A stretch of 64,000 nt of DNA from Candidatus Edwardsbacteria bacterium (GCA_020053305.1 JAGVNJ010000006.1:13166-77165); one strand, 5' to 3'. Numbered from the stretch's first letter, positions 1 through 8,437 are shown. Notes: generated by a model not told the origin, from the sequence alone. Numbers and translations: made by a program.

Positions 1-971
1 AGCACCGATAGCCTGTCTTGCATCAGCAGGGCTATGTCCAACAGAGCGGTCCAGGCCTCAAAAGCCTCCGACTGGTGCAGCAGATTTTTCCCGAACAGCA
101 GGACCGGGGACTTGGCCAATGAAAGGTCCTTAGCCAGTGCCTCCAGGTCGGTGTGGTTGACCCCCGATCCGTCCAGCAACTGTCCCGGCGAAAGTTTGGA
201 GAGATTCTCCTTCAGCTTGCGGAATTCAGGATCGGCTGATTGGATGTTGTATTTTTCCACCAATTGCTTTAAAAGTGCTGTCAGCACGTGACCCTCACGG
301 CCCGGACGAGACCACAGGAACAGACCGGCATGTTTTGATAGCAGGTTCCTTTGGCTGTCCAGCACCGCCAGCTTGGCCGAAGGCCCGGGAATCAAGTGGG
401 TCAGGTCGGGAGAGACATAGGGCCGGTCCTCTTCCGGCTTGCACCGGGAGAGCACCCTCTGCCCCAGGATCGGATTGTCCTCCAGCAGATTGGCCCCGAT
501 CACCACTATCAGGTCGGCCTGGTCGAGGCTCTGGGTATCAGCCTGATTGGGAAACTTTGCCGGCACGGCGCACAGCCGCGCCCCGCTGTCGTAATTCTGG
601 GTCTCCAACACCGATTGGGTAAAAGCTTTGACCGTATAAGCCTCCCGGTTGGTCAGCCGGGACGAGGTAATGATGCCGATGCTGTTCTGTCCGTATTTTC
701 CCCCGACCTCCTTTAGTTTTTTGGCCGCGGTCTCCAGGGCCTTGTCCCAGGAAGCCGCAGAAAACCCCTGACCGTTTCTGGTCATCGGTTCAGTAACCTT
801 CTTATCGGCGGTCAGTAGCTGATAACTGGTCCATCCCCTGGCGCATAACTGGCCCTGCCCGATATAATGGTTCTGGCTGGCCGTCACCCCGTTTATCATC
901 CCATCCTGCTCCACCAGGTAAAGGCCGCAGCCGCAGCCGCAATGCGGACATATGCTGAAATTATGTTTCAT
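1..971 (-). CDS. Molybdopterin (bis-MGD) oxidoreductase, FdhF/formate-dehydrogenase-alpha-like, N-terminal part (continues past window start)
   Basis: Absent from the ORF track (no stop in window). Manual reverse translation from ATG at 971-969 gives MKHNFSICPHCGCGCGLYLVEQDG...LCARGWTSYQLL (N-terminal Cys cluster of the Mo/W bis-MGD 4Fe-4S domain) and GIITSSRLTNREAYTVKAF...DQADLIVVIGANLLEDNP. The frame stays open to position 1. The + strand ORFs here look like GC-rich antisense artefacts. Confidence 0.8.
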   Translation of the reverse strand, partial: MKHNFSICPHCGCGCGLYLVEQDGMINGVTASQNHYIGQGQLCARGWTSYQLLTADKKVTEPMTRNGQGFSAASWDKALETAAKKLKEVGGKYGQNSIGIITSSRLTNREAYTVKAFTQSVLETQNYDSGARLCAVPAKFPNQADTQSLDQADLIVVIGANLLEDNPILGQRVLSRCKPEEDRPYVSPDLTHLIPGPSAKLAVLDSQRNLLSKHAGLFLWSRPGREGHVLTALLKQLVEKYNIQSADPEFRKLKENLSKLSPGQLLDGSGVNHTDLEALAKDLSLAKSPVLLFGKNLLHQSEAFEAWTALLDIALLMQDRLSV

Positions 972-1092
972 CGATCCAACTCTTGCTTGTTTTATTTTGC
1001 TTTTAACATTGATCCTTTTGCTCCGTTGCCGATGCTAGGGCAAAGTCCGTTAGTTGTCTTTATATGCCCGAGGGCGGCCAGCAGGAACTTCT

Positions 1093-2019
1093 TCAGTATG
1101 GTATCTTCATCTGGTCGGCCATTTCGGAAAATGCCCGGAAGTCAATACTGCCGGCATCAGCGAAACGGGAAAGCCCCAGTTTGGTAAGTATTTTTTGATC
1201 CTCCGGTTTGGCGGGATCCAGGGCCAAAATGGCGTCTTTAATTTTGTCGTCCATTTCGGTATGGCCACCCTGAAGGGACGCCAGCACCCAGTTGGGCACC
1301 GGCTGGCCGGTCGCCAGGATTTTGTAACATTTGGATAGGCTGTCATTCCATTGGGACTGGGGAATGAGGCCGGCCGCGAAATCGCCTTTCTCCAGGCCGG
1401 CCAGCATCCGGTCCAGCTGTCCGATGGCAACCACTCTCAGATCTCGTTCCGGATCCATCCCTTGGTCAAAAAGATATTTTGCCTGGGAGAGGTAGCCCTC
1501 TGTCGACTGCCGGGAGGCACAACAGACTGCCCGGCCCTTAAGCCGGGAGACGTCGTCTATTCCCTTGGCATATGCCGCAAAAGAGGTGATTATCAAACCG
1601 CCGGTCTCCGTGGAGCCGCTCTGATCACGGCCTATGGCCAGGGCCACTGCGTTCTTGGTCTTCTGCAGGGTCAGAAAGGTCAGGGCATCGCAGATCACCA
1701 GCTGGGCCCGGGAATTTTCTATGGCGGCTCCGAAACTGGCTATGTTCTCGGACGATATGTACTGTACGTCAAAGCCGGTCTCCCGGGAAAGCTTGTTCAG
1801 CAAAGGCAGGTATCTGGCGCTCATGACGGCCGTGGAATAAGCCGGCAACACCGCTATCTTAACCGCCTCCTGGCCGTACCTCCCCTGGGGCAGGTTCCCG
1901 CAGCTTGTAATACTAAAGACTAAAAATAAAAAATAAAAAACTGACGGGATTAGCCTGGCATTTCCGGTGGTACAGATTTTCGCTTTTTTATTTTTGATAT
2001 TTGATTTCAGCGTCGTCAT
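1093..2019 (-). CDS. PhnD-like (phosphonate-type) ABC substrate-binding lipoprotein
   Basis: Starting at internal Met MTTLKSNIKNKK gives a signal peptide plus lipobox (FSITSCG) followed by a periplasmic-binding fold. That ATG overlaps the stop of the upstream small-subunit gene (ATGA at 2016-2019). The upstream 62 aa of the 370-aa track ORF are Arg/Gly/Pro-rich and overlap that gene, so they are unlikely to be real. Confidence 0.65.
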   Translation of the reverse strand: MTTLKSNIKNKKAKICTTGNARLIPSVFYFLFLVFSITSCGNLPQGRYGQEAVKIAVLPAYSTAVMSARYLPLLNKLSRETGFDVQYISSENIASFGAAIENSRAQLVICDALTFLTLQKTKNAVALAIGRDQSGSTETGGLIITSFAAYAKGIDDVSRLKGRAVCCASRQSTEGYLSQAKYLFDQGMDPERDLRVVAIGQLDRMLAGLEKGDFAAGLIPQSQWNDSLSKCYKILATGQPVPNWVLASLQGGHTEMDDKIKDAILALDPAKPEDQKILTKLGLSRFADAGSIDFRAFSEMADQMKIPY

Positions 2020-2498
2020 TTCCACATCCCCTCCCGGATCGGCCCTTCGGCGGTTGCTTCGGCCTGGACCTTCTTGGGAGCCAGTCCCAGGGCCACCGCC
2101 ACTCCGTAGAGGATGGCCTCGGGCCGGGGCGGGCAGCCCGGTATATAGAAGTTGACCGGGATCACCTTGTCCACTCCTCCGGTGACGTTGTAGGTGTCGA
2201 ACCATAGGTTGCCCCCGCAGCCGCAGGAGCCCACCACTATCACCAGCTTGGGGTCGGGAATGGCGTCATAGGCCCGCTTGAGCGACGGCAGGGCCTGCCG
2301 GGTGACCGGACCGGAGACCAGCATGATGTCGGCGTGGCGGGGGGAGCCGGCCAGCTTGATCCCGAACCGCTCGGCGTCGTAATAGGGGGTGATGACGTCA
2401 ACGATCTCGATGTCGCAGCCGTTGCAGGACCCGGTGTTGATGTGGTAGATCCACAGCGATTTGGTGAACGCTTTGGCGCAAAGTTTTTTTAGAAACAT
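2016..2498 (-). CDS. hyfI: Group 4 [NiFe] hydrogenase small subunit (HyfI/HycG, NuoB-like)
   Basis: NuoB-type Cys motifs: TGSCNGCDIE, VVGSCGCGG, IPGCPPRPEA. 160 aa. Confidence 0.9.
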   Translation of the reverse strand: MFLKKLCAKAFTKSLWIYHINTGSCNGCDIEIVDVITPYYDAERFGIKLAGSPRHADIMLVSGPVTRQALPSLKRAYDAIPDPKLVIVVGSCGCGGNLWFDTYNVTGGVDKVIPVNFYIPGCPPRPEAILYGVAVALGLAPKKVQAEATAEGPIREGMWK

Positions 2499-2528
2499 CG
2501 TACTGCCTACTTGTATGTTATGCTTTGG

Positions 2529-2557
2529 GGATACATTAGTGATGCCATTGTGAGATA
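2529..2557. repeat. Left flanking array of four-helix-bundle element 1 (GTGATAC-like x3, ~10-11 nt period)
   Basis: GGATAC at 2529, GTGATGC at 2539, GTGAGATA at 2550. This is the reverse complement of the GTATCAC array on the other side of the gene. Confidence 0.6.
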
Positions 2558-2558
2558 T

Positions 2559-2945
2559 TTACGATAGACGATGGAGCGAAGCGATGTAATTATTCAGTTT
2601 GACGGAGAGATTCTTATGTTTCACCGAATAGGTGCCAAGCATTTCATCTGAAACGTATTTCATCCTATGGCTAAAAACCAGATGGTGCTTGGTTTCAGCC
2701 AATGAGCCACGGGCAATGATGCAAAAATGAATCCGTTCTTTATAGGTATACCTGCCCCAGCCCTCGGCAATATTGGCGCCAATCGAGTTTGATGACCTGC
2801 GCACTTGCGAAGTCAAATTATATTGCTCCTCTTTGGGAAACTCTGCCGTAACTTGATACACCCATTCCGCCAGGTCCAGCGCCAGTTGGTATATTTCTAG
2901 ATCGGTGAAATCCTGTATCGCCTTTTTTCTTTCACTACCTTCCAT
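2559..2945 (-). CDS. Four-helix-bundle protein (23S rRNA intervening-sequence protein family, Avd-like), copy 1
   Basis: Family hallmarks: DLEIYQLALDLAEWVY...FPKEEQYNLTSQVRRSSNSIGANIAEGWGR...ARGSLAETKHHL. 128 aa, ATG at 2945. Confidence 0.85.
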   Translation of the reverse strand: MEGSERKKAIQDFTDLEIYQLALDLAEWVYQVTAEFPKEEQYNLTSQVRRSSNSIGANIAEGWGRYTYKERIHFCIIARGSLAETKHHLVFSHRMKYVSDEMLGTYSVKHKNLSVKLNNYIASLHRLS

Positions 2946-2946
2946 T

Positions 2947-2996
2947 GTATCACTACCGTATCACCATTGTATCACATGTTTTTACTGGAATATCAC
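2947..2996. repeat. Right flanking array of element 1 (GTATCAC x3 at 11-nt period plus TATCAC)
   Basis: GTATCAC at 2947, 2958 and 2969; TATCAC at 2991, overlapping the stop of the upstream gene. Confidence 0.75.
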
Positions 2997-4183
2997 TCGA
3001 CTTTTTTGTCATTCTCCGCCTTGACCGGAACGAACTCCCCGCCCTTGACCCTCCAGATGACATACGGCGCGGCCTTGATGTCGCCCTTGTTATTAAAATC
3101 CACCTCTCCCATGGCCCCGTAGAACTTCTGGGAATGCAGCACGCTGACCAGCGAATCCCCGGCGGCAATCCCGGCCTTTTCGATGGCCTGCAGCAGCACC
3201 ATGGCGGCATCGTAGGAGTAGACCGAATACGGCCCGATCTCGCCGTAGCGGGCCTTGAAGGAACCGTAGAACCGTCCGGCCTCCGGCATATCCTCCACCG
3301 CCGGGCCGAAGGTGAAATATGTGCCCTCGGTGGCAATGCCCCCGGCCTTTAAATAGACCGAGTTGGCGATGGCATCGCCGGCCATGAAGGCGCTTTTGAG
3401 TTTCCGTTCCTTCATCTTCCGCACCAACACCGCCCCCTCGGGATAGCTGCCGCCGAAGTATACCAGATCCGGCTGGATGCTGATCAACGGGTCCAGTACT
3501 GCGTCATAACCGGGTGCTTGCCCGTCCTTGACCGGCTGCAGCTCGGCCTCGGCCACGATCTCAACTGCCGGAATGGCGTTTTTGCCTCTAGTACCGATCG
3601 GCAGCTGTATCGAAGCAGTGATCAATTTCGTGAACTCCTCGGTAAGCCCGCGTCCATAGGTGGTGCCGTCGTTGAAGACAGCCACCTTTTTGATCTTCAG
3701 GTTATTAAGGGCGAAATCGGCCGCCACCTGTCCCTGCTGGTCGTCGCGCCCGCAGGTGCGGAACACGTTGGCAAATCCCTGCTCGGTGTATTTAGGATTG
3801 GTGGAGGACGGGGAGATCTGGGGCAGCATCCTCTGATTGTAGATGCGGCTGCCGGCTATGGAACAATGGCTGTTGTAGTGACCTATCACTCCGCAAACGC
3901 CCTGGTTGGACAGCTTCTCGGCCACGTTATATGCTTCCTTCTCATCGGCCCGGTCGTCGCCGGCTATGATCACTATCCTTTTGCCCAGCACTCCGCCCTT
4001 GGCATTCCATTCGGAGACCGCCAGCTGGACACCGTGCAGCACATCCTGCCCGGCCTTGGCCTGCTCGCCGGTCAGCGGCCCGGCCACTCCGATCTTGATC
4101 TGCTGGCCGCCCGGCCCGCAACCGGAGAATACAAGCGATATCAGGACGCCTGCTGTTAAGAGAATTGCAGTTGATTTTTTCAT
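2993..4183 (-). CDS. Branched-chain-amino-acid-type (LivK/LivJ-like) ABC substrate-binding lipoprotein
   Basis: Signal peptide plus lipobox (LVFSGCG), then IKIGVAGPLTGEQAKAGQD...GVIGHYNSHCSIAG..., typical of type 1 periplasmic binding proteins. Confidence 0.8.
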   Translation of the reverse strand: MKKSTAILLTAGVLISLVFSGCGPGGQQIKIGVAGPLTGEQAKAGQDVLHGVQLAVSEWNAKGGVLGKRIVIIAGDDRADEKEAYNVAEKLSNQGVCGVIGHYNSHCSIAGSRIYNQRMLPQISPSSTNPKYTEQGFANVFRTCGRDDQQGQVAADFALNNLKIKKVAVFNDGTTYGRGLTEEFTKLITASIQLPIGTRGKNAIPAVEIVAEAELQPVKDGQAPGYDAVLDPLISIQPDLVYFGGSYPEGAVLVRKMKERKLKSAFMAGDAIANSVYLKAGGIATEGTYFTFGPAVEDMPEAGRFYGSFKARYGEIGPYSVYSYDAAMVLLQAIEKAGIAAGDSLVSVLHSQKFYGAMGEVDFNNKGDIKAAPYVIWRVKGGEFVPVKAENDKKVE

Positions 4184-4217
4184 TTTATGCCTACTATATG
4201 TATGTTTAAAAGGTTTA

Positions 4218-5195
4218 CTAAAATACTACGGTCTCGGACTTTTTCTTAGCCCTGAATTTATTTAAAAACCAATATTTGATACTTTCCAATTTTTGGAATA
4301 ACCCACGCGGGCCAAAAACAAGCAATTTAAAATCATCGGATTTTATATAAATATATTCCGGCGCATTTTTAAACGTTTTGGTCGGTTTTATGAATATTTT
4401 TGCTTCGCAGTTCATCTTGATATCTATTGGCCGGTTTGTAGTTATCATTTCGTGTAATCGTGGCCCCCAGAAATTAATTTCTTCATTTGGCAACAGCCAT
4501 GATTTACTTTTATCATTATAATCAATATAATCAATTAAAGAATCTGACCAAGGAGCAACGAAATCTTCGGACACCATATTTTCTTTTAATGATATTTTCG
4601 CACCACACAAGCATCCAATATCTATGGTATCTCTGCTTATATTTTTTATATGATAATACAGAGGAAGTAAATGCCCGGAGATTATTTTTATTTTTTTAGG
4701 TTCATACCCATCGGGGACCGGTATTATTTTTAAATTATTATTACTTGGAAAAGCACGTTTGCCGATCCTTAAACCACGTTTAAAAGAATATTCCTTTAAA
4801 AAAAATGCTTTGGAGGTATCATCATCCAAAATGCCTGAAATTTTTATGCTCCCTTTCGTTTCATCATCTATCATATTAATACTAGCTTGCCAAATATAAA
4901 TTGTATCCGCCCAAACTGTTGTTTTCCGCCCATTGATTTTCTTTATTATTTTCCCGCCTTGTGCATTTACTTCAAATTGCGCTTTCCTTATATTATATTT
5001 TGTTACGATTTTTACAGTTATTGTATCGCCTTTCAGTGAACCGCCTTCGATGCCAAATTTTATCCATTCCCCAGCATTAAAAAAATGCCGTTCGAACGAT
5101 GGTGTCGGTTTCGTAGCACCGCAGAGTGTAAATGGTATAATACAATAGCCAAGCAATATGGTATTTCTTGCAAATAATGCAATCCTTGATTTCAT
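4218..5195 (-). CDS. Hypothetical lipoprotein on an AT-rich island
   Basis: Long ORF. Internal ATG at 5195 gives MKSRIALFARNTILLGYCIIPFTLCG, a signal peptide with lipobox. No recognisable domain. Composition is much more AT-rich than the flanking hydrogenase genes. Confidence 0.55.
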   Translation of the reverse strand: MKSRIALFARNTILLGYCIIPFTLCGATKPTPSFERHFFNAGEWIKFGIEGGSLKGDTITVKIVTKYNIRKAQFEVNAQGGKIIKKINGRKTTVWADTIYIWQASINMIDDETKGSIKISGILDDDTSKAFFLKEYSFKRGLRIGKRAFPSNNNLKIIPVPDGYEPKKIKIISGHLLPLYYHIKNISRDTIDIGCLCGAKISLKENMVSEDFVAPWSDSLIDYIDYNDKSKSWLLPNEEINFWGPRLHEMITTNRPIDIKMNCEAKIFIKPTKTFKNAPEYIYIKSDDFKLLVFGPRGLFQKLESIKYWFLNKFRAKKKSETVVF

Positions 5196-5240
5196 TTTAT
5201 TTCTTTCCCTCATGCGCATCAGATTATTCGAAACAGTGAA

Positions 5241-5471
5241 GGTAATAATCCTTCTTTCCTTGGTAATCATCGTTCCGGCCCTGGTAATAACCTTCCTGAC
5301 CAAGGAAATATTCGTTCCAACCTGGGGGATAAGCTTGCTTACTATGGTAATATCCTTTCTCCCCTCGGTAAGAACCTTTCCAACTTAGGTAATAACCATT
5401 CTTACTAAGGTAATATTCAATCTTACCCAAGTAATCAGCGATCTTACCTGAGTAACATTTCTCACAACCTC
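5241..5471. repeat. Tandem repeat, 11 units of 21 bp (consensus about GGTAATAWCCTTYCTNACYWW)
   Basis: Units start at 5241, 5262, 5283, 5304, 5325, 5346, 5367, 5388, 5409, 5430 and 5451. On the minus strand this reads as heptad x-x-G-Y-Y-x-x repeats (ORF 5224-5430), but the array continues two units past that ORF's ATG. Confidence 0.9.
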
Positions 5472-5548
5472 AAACATTCCAAAGAATTACCGATATTAAA
5501 GAACTGCTGGCTTTTTTGACCTAAAACGTCCGTACCACGCACTAACAG

Positions 5549-5584
5549 TTTCAAACCTCTCAAACGTTTCAAACCATTTCAAAC
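5549..5584. repeat. Solo short tandem array (T/C)TTCAAAC x4, 9-10 nt period
   Basis: TTTCAAAC at 5549, TCTCAAAC at 5558, TTTCAAAC at 5567 and 5577, just downstream of the antiporter-like gene stop (5596). Same motif as the right array of four-helix-bundle element 4. Confidence 0.8.
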
Positions 5585-5595
5585 TGTTAAGGAGG

Positions 5596-7122
5596 TCAAC
5601 CCCCGATCAATATTCTCAACACGCACTTGGTGGCGCTGTCCAAAAGCGGATGCATGATCTGGGGAAACACTCCCAGCACGATGGCCGCGATGGCCAGAAG
5701 CACCATCCCCACCCACATGGCCGCCGGCACCTCGGTGGCGGTGGCGGCCTCGGCCCCCACCGCATGGACTTCCTTCTCCGACCAGAAGATCTTATACCCG
5801 GCCCGGAAAAAGCAGACCAGGGTGAACAGCGAGGTGATGATGCCGATGATGGCCGCCCACATCAGTTTGGCCTCGCCCAATGCCAGGAACAGGGTGAACT
5901 TGGAAACGAAACCGTTGAACGGCGGCATCCCCGAAAGTGCAAACACCCCCACAAAAAAGGCGAAGGCCGTTAGGGGCATTTTGAATTTTACTTTGGATAG
6001 CTCGGATATCTTGCGCTTTCCGGCGGAATAGATGATGGCTCCCACCGCCAGGAACAGCAGTCCCTTGATAATGGTGTGGTTGATCAGGTGCATCAGCCCG
6101 CCGTAGATCCCCAGGTAGGTGCCCATGCCCAGGCCCTCGATGACATAGGCAATCTGGGCCACCGATGAATAGGCCAGCATCCTTTTGAGGTCGTCCTGGA
6201 CCATGGCCATCATCATGCCCACGATCATGGAGATGGAGCAAAGGATGGCGATGAACAGGGGGATGGTGCCGTAATGCGGGGCGAAAACCGAGATGGTCCG
6301 GGCCAGGGCGTAGGCCCCCACCTTGATGACGATGCCTGACAGCAGGGCCGACACCGGGGCCGGAGCCTCGGCGTGGGCGTCGGGCAGCCAGGCATGGAAG
6401 GGCACCAGCCCGGCCTTGGTGCCGAAGCCCACCACCATGAAGGCGGCGGCCAGCAGAACGATGTTGCTGGGTATCTTGGTGGCGATGGTCCCCAGTTCGG
6501 TCAGTAGCAGCACCCGGGAGACCGGCAGAAACGGGGTGGCCGCCGAATACAGCAGCACCGATCCCAGCAGGGCGAACACCACCCCCACCGTCACCAACAG
6601 CAGATATTTATAACCCGCCTCCAGGGCCGGTTTGTTCCAGTGGAAGGTCACCAGAAAAACGGTGGCCAAAGTGGTGAATTCCAGGGAGACATACAGCATG
6701 ATGATGTTGTTGGTGGCGCAGGTCCAGTTCATCAGTCCCAGGAAAACCAGAATCTGCCCGTAGTAGGTGGTCATGCTGGTGTAGGGGTGGGCCTCCTCTA
6801 TCTCGGTCTTGGCCCCGAAATACTTCATGGAGTAGACCACCACGATCACCCCCATCACGCTGGCCGCCAGCTCCATCAGGGTGGACAGCCCGTCCACATA
6901 GAAATTATTGCCCCACCAGGTGAGCACCTCCCCGTTCAGGACCCGGACGGTCATCATTACGGCGATTAACAGGGTCAGGCTTATCCCGGTCAGCGCCAGG
7001 CCGTGGCGGAAGATCTTTCCCAGCCGGCCCAGGGCGAATATCAGCCCGCCGAACACCAGCGGGACCAGGAATACCAGTAGGGGCAGTATCGACACCGCCG
7101 TGGGATTGATAGTTACAACCAT
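5596..7122 (-). CDS. Hydrogenase-4 antiporter-like membrane subunit (HyfF/HyfD, NuoM/N-like)
   Basis: 508 aa polytopic protein with the proton-conducting transporter signature: GTKAGLVPFHAWLPDAHAEAPAPVSALLSG. Confidence 0.85.
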   Translation of the reverse strand: MVVTINPTAVSILPLLVFLVPLVFGGLIFALGRLGKIFRHGLALTGISLTLLIAVMMTVRVLNGEVLTWWGNNFYVDGLSTLMELAASVMGVIVVVYSMKYFGAKTEIEEAHPYTSMTTYYGQILVFLGLMNWTCATNNIIMLYVSLEFTTLATVFLVTFHWNKPALEAGYKYLLLVTVGVVFALLGSVLLYSAATPFLPVSRVLLLTELGTIATKIPSNIVLLAAAFMVVGFGTKAGLVPFHAWLPDAHAEAPAPVSALLSGIVIKVGAYALARTISVFAPHYGTIPLFIAILCSISMIVGMMMAMVQDDLKRMLAYSSVAQIAYVIEGLGMGTYLGIYGGLMHLINHTIIKGLLFLAVGAIIYSAGKRKISELSKVKFKMPLTAFAFFVGVFALSGMPPFNGFVSKFTLFLALGEAKLMWAAIIGIITSLFTLVCFFRAGYKIFWSEKEVHAVGAEAATATEVPAAMWVGMVLLAIAAIVLGVFPQIMHPLLDSATKCVLRILIGG

Positions 7123-7159
7123 ATACTTGCTCTACTTTATTGCTTATTAAGCTTATTAA

Positions 7160-7280
7160 ATTATCCTGTCGCTTCGTTTGGTCATTGAGACGGCTTCCCC
7201 GACTATCTGACGAAGCAATCTAAAATACCTGGATCGCGTCGTTTGCCTATCTAATGATGGTCTTCTCGCGATGACTGACT
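7160..7280. repeat. REP-like nested palindromic intergenic element (GTCATYSYGAG-arm family)
   Basis: GTCATTGAGAC ... TCTCGCGATGAC inverted arms, with CTGACGAAGCAATC inside. Related arms occur at 21255-21395, 28055-28295 and 45872-46025. Confidence 0.6.
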
Positions 7281-7282
7281 TG

Positions 7283-7759
7283 TCATTGGCACTGGGCGGC
7301 CATGCTGACCAGCTGCATCCTGGTGTCCTTGAGGCGCGAGGTCAGCACCTGCAGTATCAACTGTAGCATCTTGATCCCCGTCTGAGGTTCATCTATGCAC
7401 AGCTGGTAGACCTTCTGACCCTCGGCCACCAGCACGGTGACATCGCTGACCGCCCGGGCCGAGGCGGTGCCGCCGCTCTGCACCAGGTCGAAGGCGTTGG
7501 ACCATTCGATGATGCGTCCCGGGCTGAGCTCCATGGTCAGCACCAGCCGGTCGGCGCTTTCGGAAAGCCGGGTGGCCACCTCCACCGCCACCTTGCCCTC
7601 CACCAGGACCATCATCTCGGTGCTTTCGGCGCGTTCGGGGATCATGGCCTGATCGGCTTGGTATTTTCTTTCGCTGAACAGCGGGGCCAGTTTTTCCAGC
7701 TCGGCATCGGAGAAATCGCTGAAAAAGTTCAGCTTTTTCAAAACATTTTTGTCGGCCAT
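7283..7759 (-). CDS. Stand-alone cyclic-nucleotide-binding (cNMP) domain protein
   Basis: FFSDFSDAELEKLAPLFSERKYQADQAMIPERAESTEMMVLVEGKVAVEV...SARAVSDVTVL fits the CAP-family effector-domain pattern. At 158 aa it has no HTH or other output domain. Confidence 0.7.
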   Translation of the reverse strand: MADKNVLKKLNFFSDFSDAELEKLAPLFSERKYQADQAMIPERAESTEMMVLVEGKVAVEVATRLSESADRLVLTMELSPGRIIEWSNAFDLVQSGGTASARAVSDVTVLVAEGQKVYQLCIDEPQTGIKMLQLILQVLTSRLKDTRMQLVSMAAQCQ

Positions 7760-7774
7760 TTTATTGCTCCTTCT

Positions 7775-8437
7775 CTATCGTTTCAGGCTGGACAGCTTCA
7801 TGGTGTCGGCGCTGCCGAAGGCCTTGTAGATGCTCTCGGTGAGGAACAGCAGCATCACCGCGGCAACCACCACGTTGGAGACTATCCCCAGGATGGTGGT
7901 CACCGGAAGCTTGGGCACCAGGGTCACCAGGGCCAGGTGAACGCCGTTCTCTATCAGGTGCAGACCGATGATTATCTTGACCGCATCACGGTGGACCACC
8001 AGCACGTACAGCCCCAGCACGAAGATGGTGAAGGCCAGAGCCAGCGACGAGCGGGCCGGCTCGATGGTGGCCTCCACCGTCGGGGCAATGAAGCCCACAT
8101 AGGTGCGGATCATCTGGTAGAAGACGATCAGGAATACCGATAGGATTATGAACGACACCACGAAGCTCACCAGAGGCTTTACCTCGATGAACTCGGTGCG
8201 TTTGATGTGCCACCACAGCAGCGCCGGGATGATCACCACCTTGGTGATGAAGGTCAGGGCCGCCCACCAGTACAGGGTGTAGTTTTGGCTCTTCTCGGCG
8301 AAGGCCACGATGATGAACGACAGCAGCAGCGACTGCACCAGCAGGAACAGGGTGGCGGTCTTCAGATTACGAATCTCGGCCGCCCCCACCGAAGCGATGA
8401 AGTGGCAGGCCATTAAAGTTGTGATCAGATCACCCAT
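7775..8437 (-). CDS. hyfE: Hydrogenase-4 membrane subunit E (HyfE-like, NuoK-related)
   Basis: 220 aa, about 7 TM segments. Size and operon position match HyfE. Confidence 0.7.
   Translation of the reverse strand: MGDLITTLMACHFIASVGAAEIRNLKTATLFLLVQSLLLSFIIVAFAEKSQNYTLYWWAALTFITKVVIIPALLWWHIKRTEFIEVKPLVSFVVSFIILSVFLIVFYQMIRTYVGFIAPTVEATIEPARSSLALAFTIFVLGLYVLVVHRDAVKIIIGLHLIENGVHLALVTLVPKLPVTTILGIVSNVVVAAVMLLFLTESIYKAFGSADTMKLSSLKR

Noticed and set aside
1-971. Selenocysteine recoding in the FdhF-like gene
   Set aside because: The frame is open without any in-frame TGA in the visible part. A Cys codon occupies the position aligned by eye to Sec.
34-1187. Several + strand ORFs (34-291, 275-622, 351-716, 867-1187) at the window start
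   Set aside because: They are Arg/Pro/Gly-rich and lie antisense to a clean molybdopterin-oxidoreductase reading frame that I translated manually on the minus strand. These are typical GC-rich shadow ORFs.
1093-2205. Full-length 370-aa version of the PhnD-like ORF, and similar N-terminal extensions of 35837-36667 and 51194-52336
   Set aside because: The extensions overlap well-supported upstream genes and are compositionally aberrant. Internal ATGs give proper signal peptides or domain starts.
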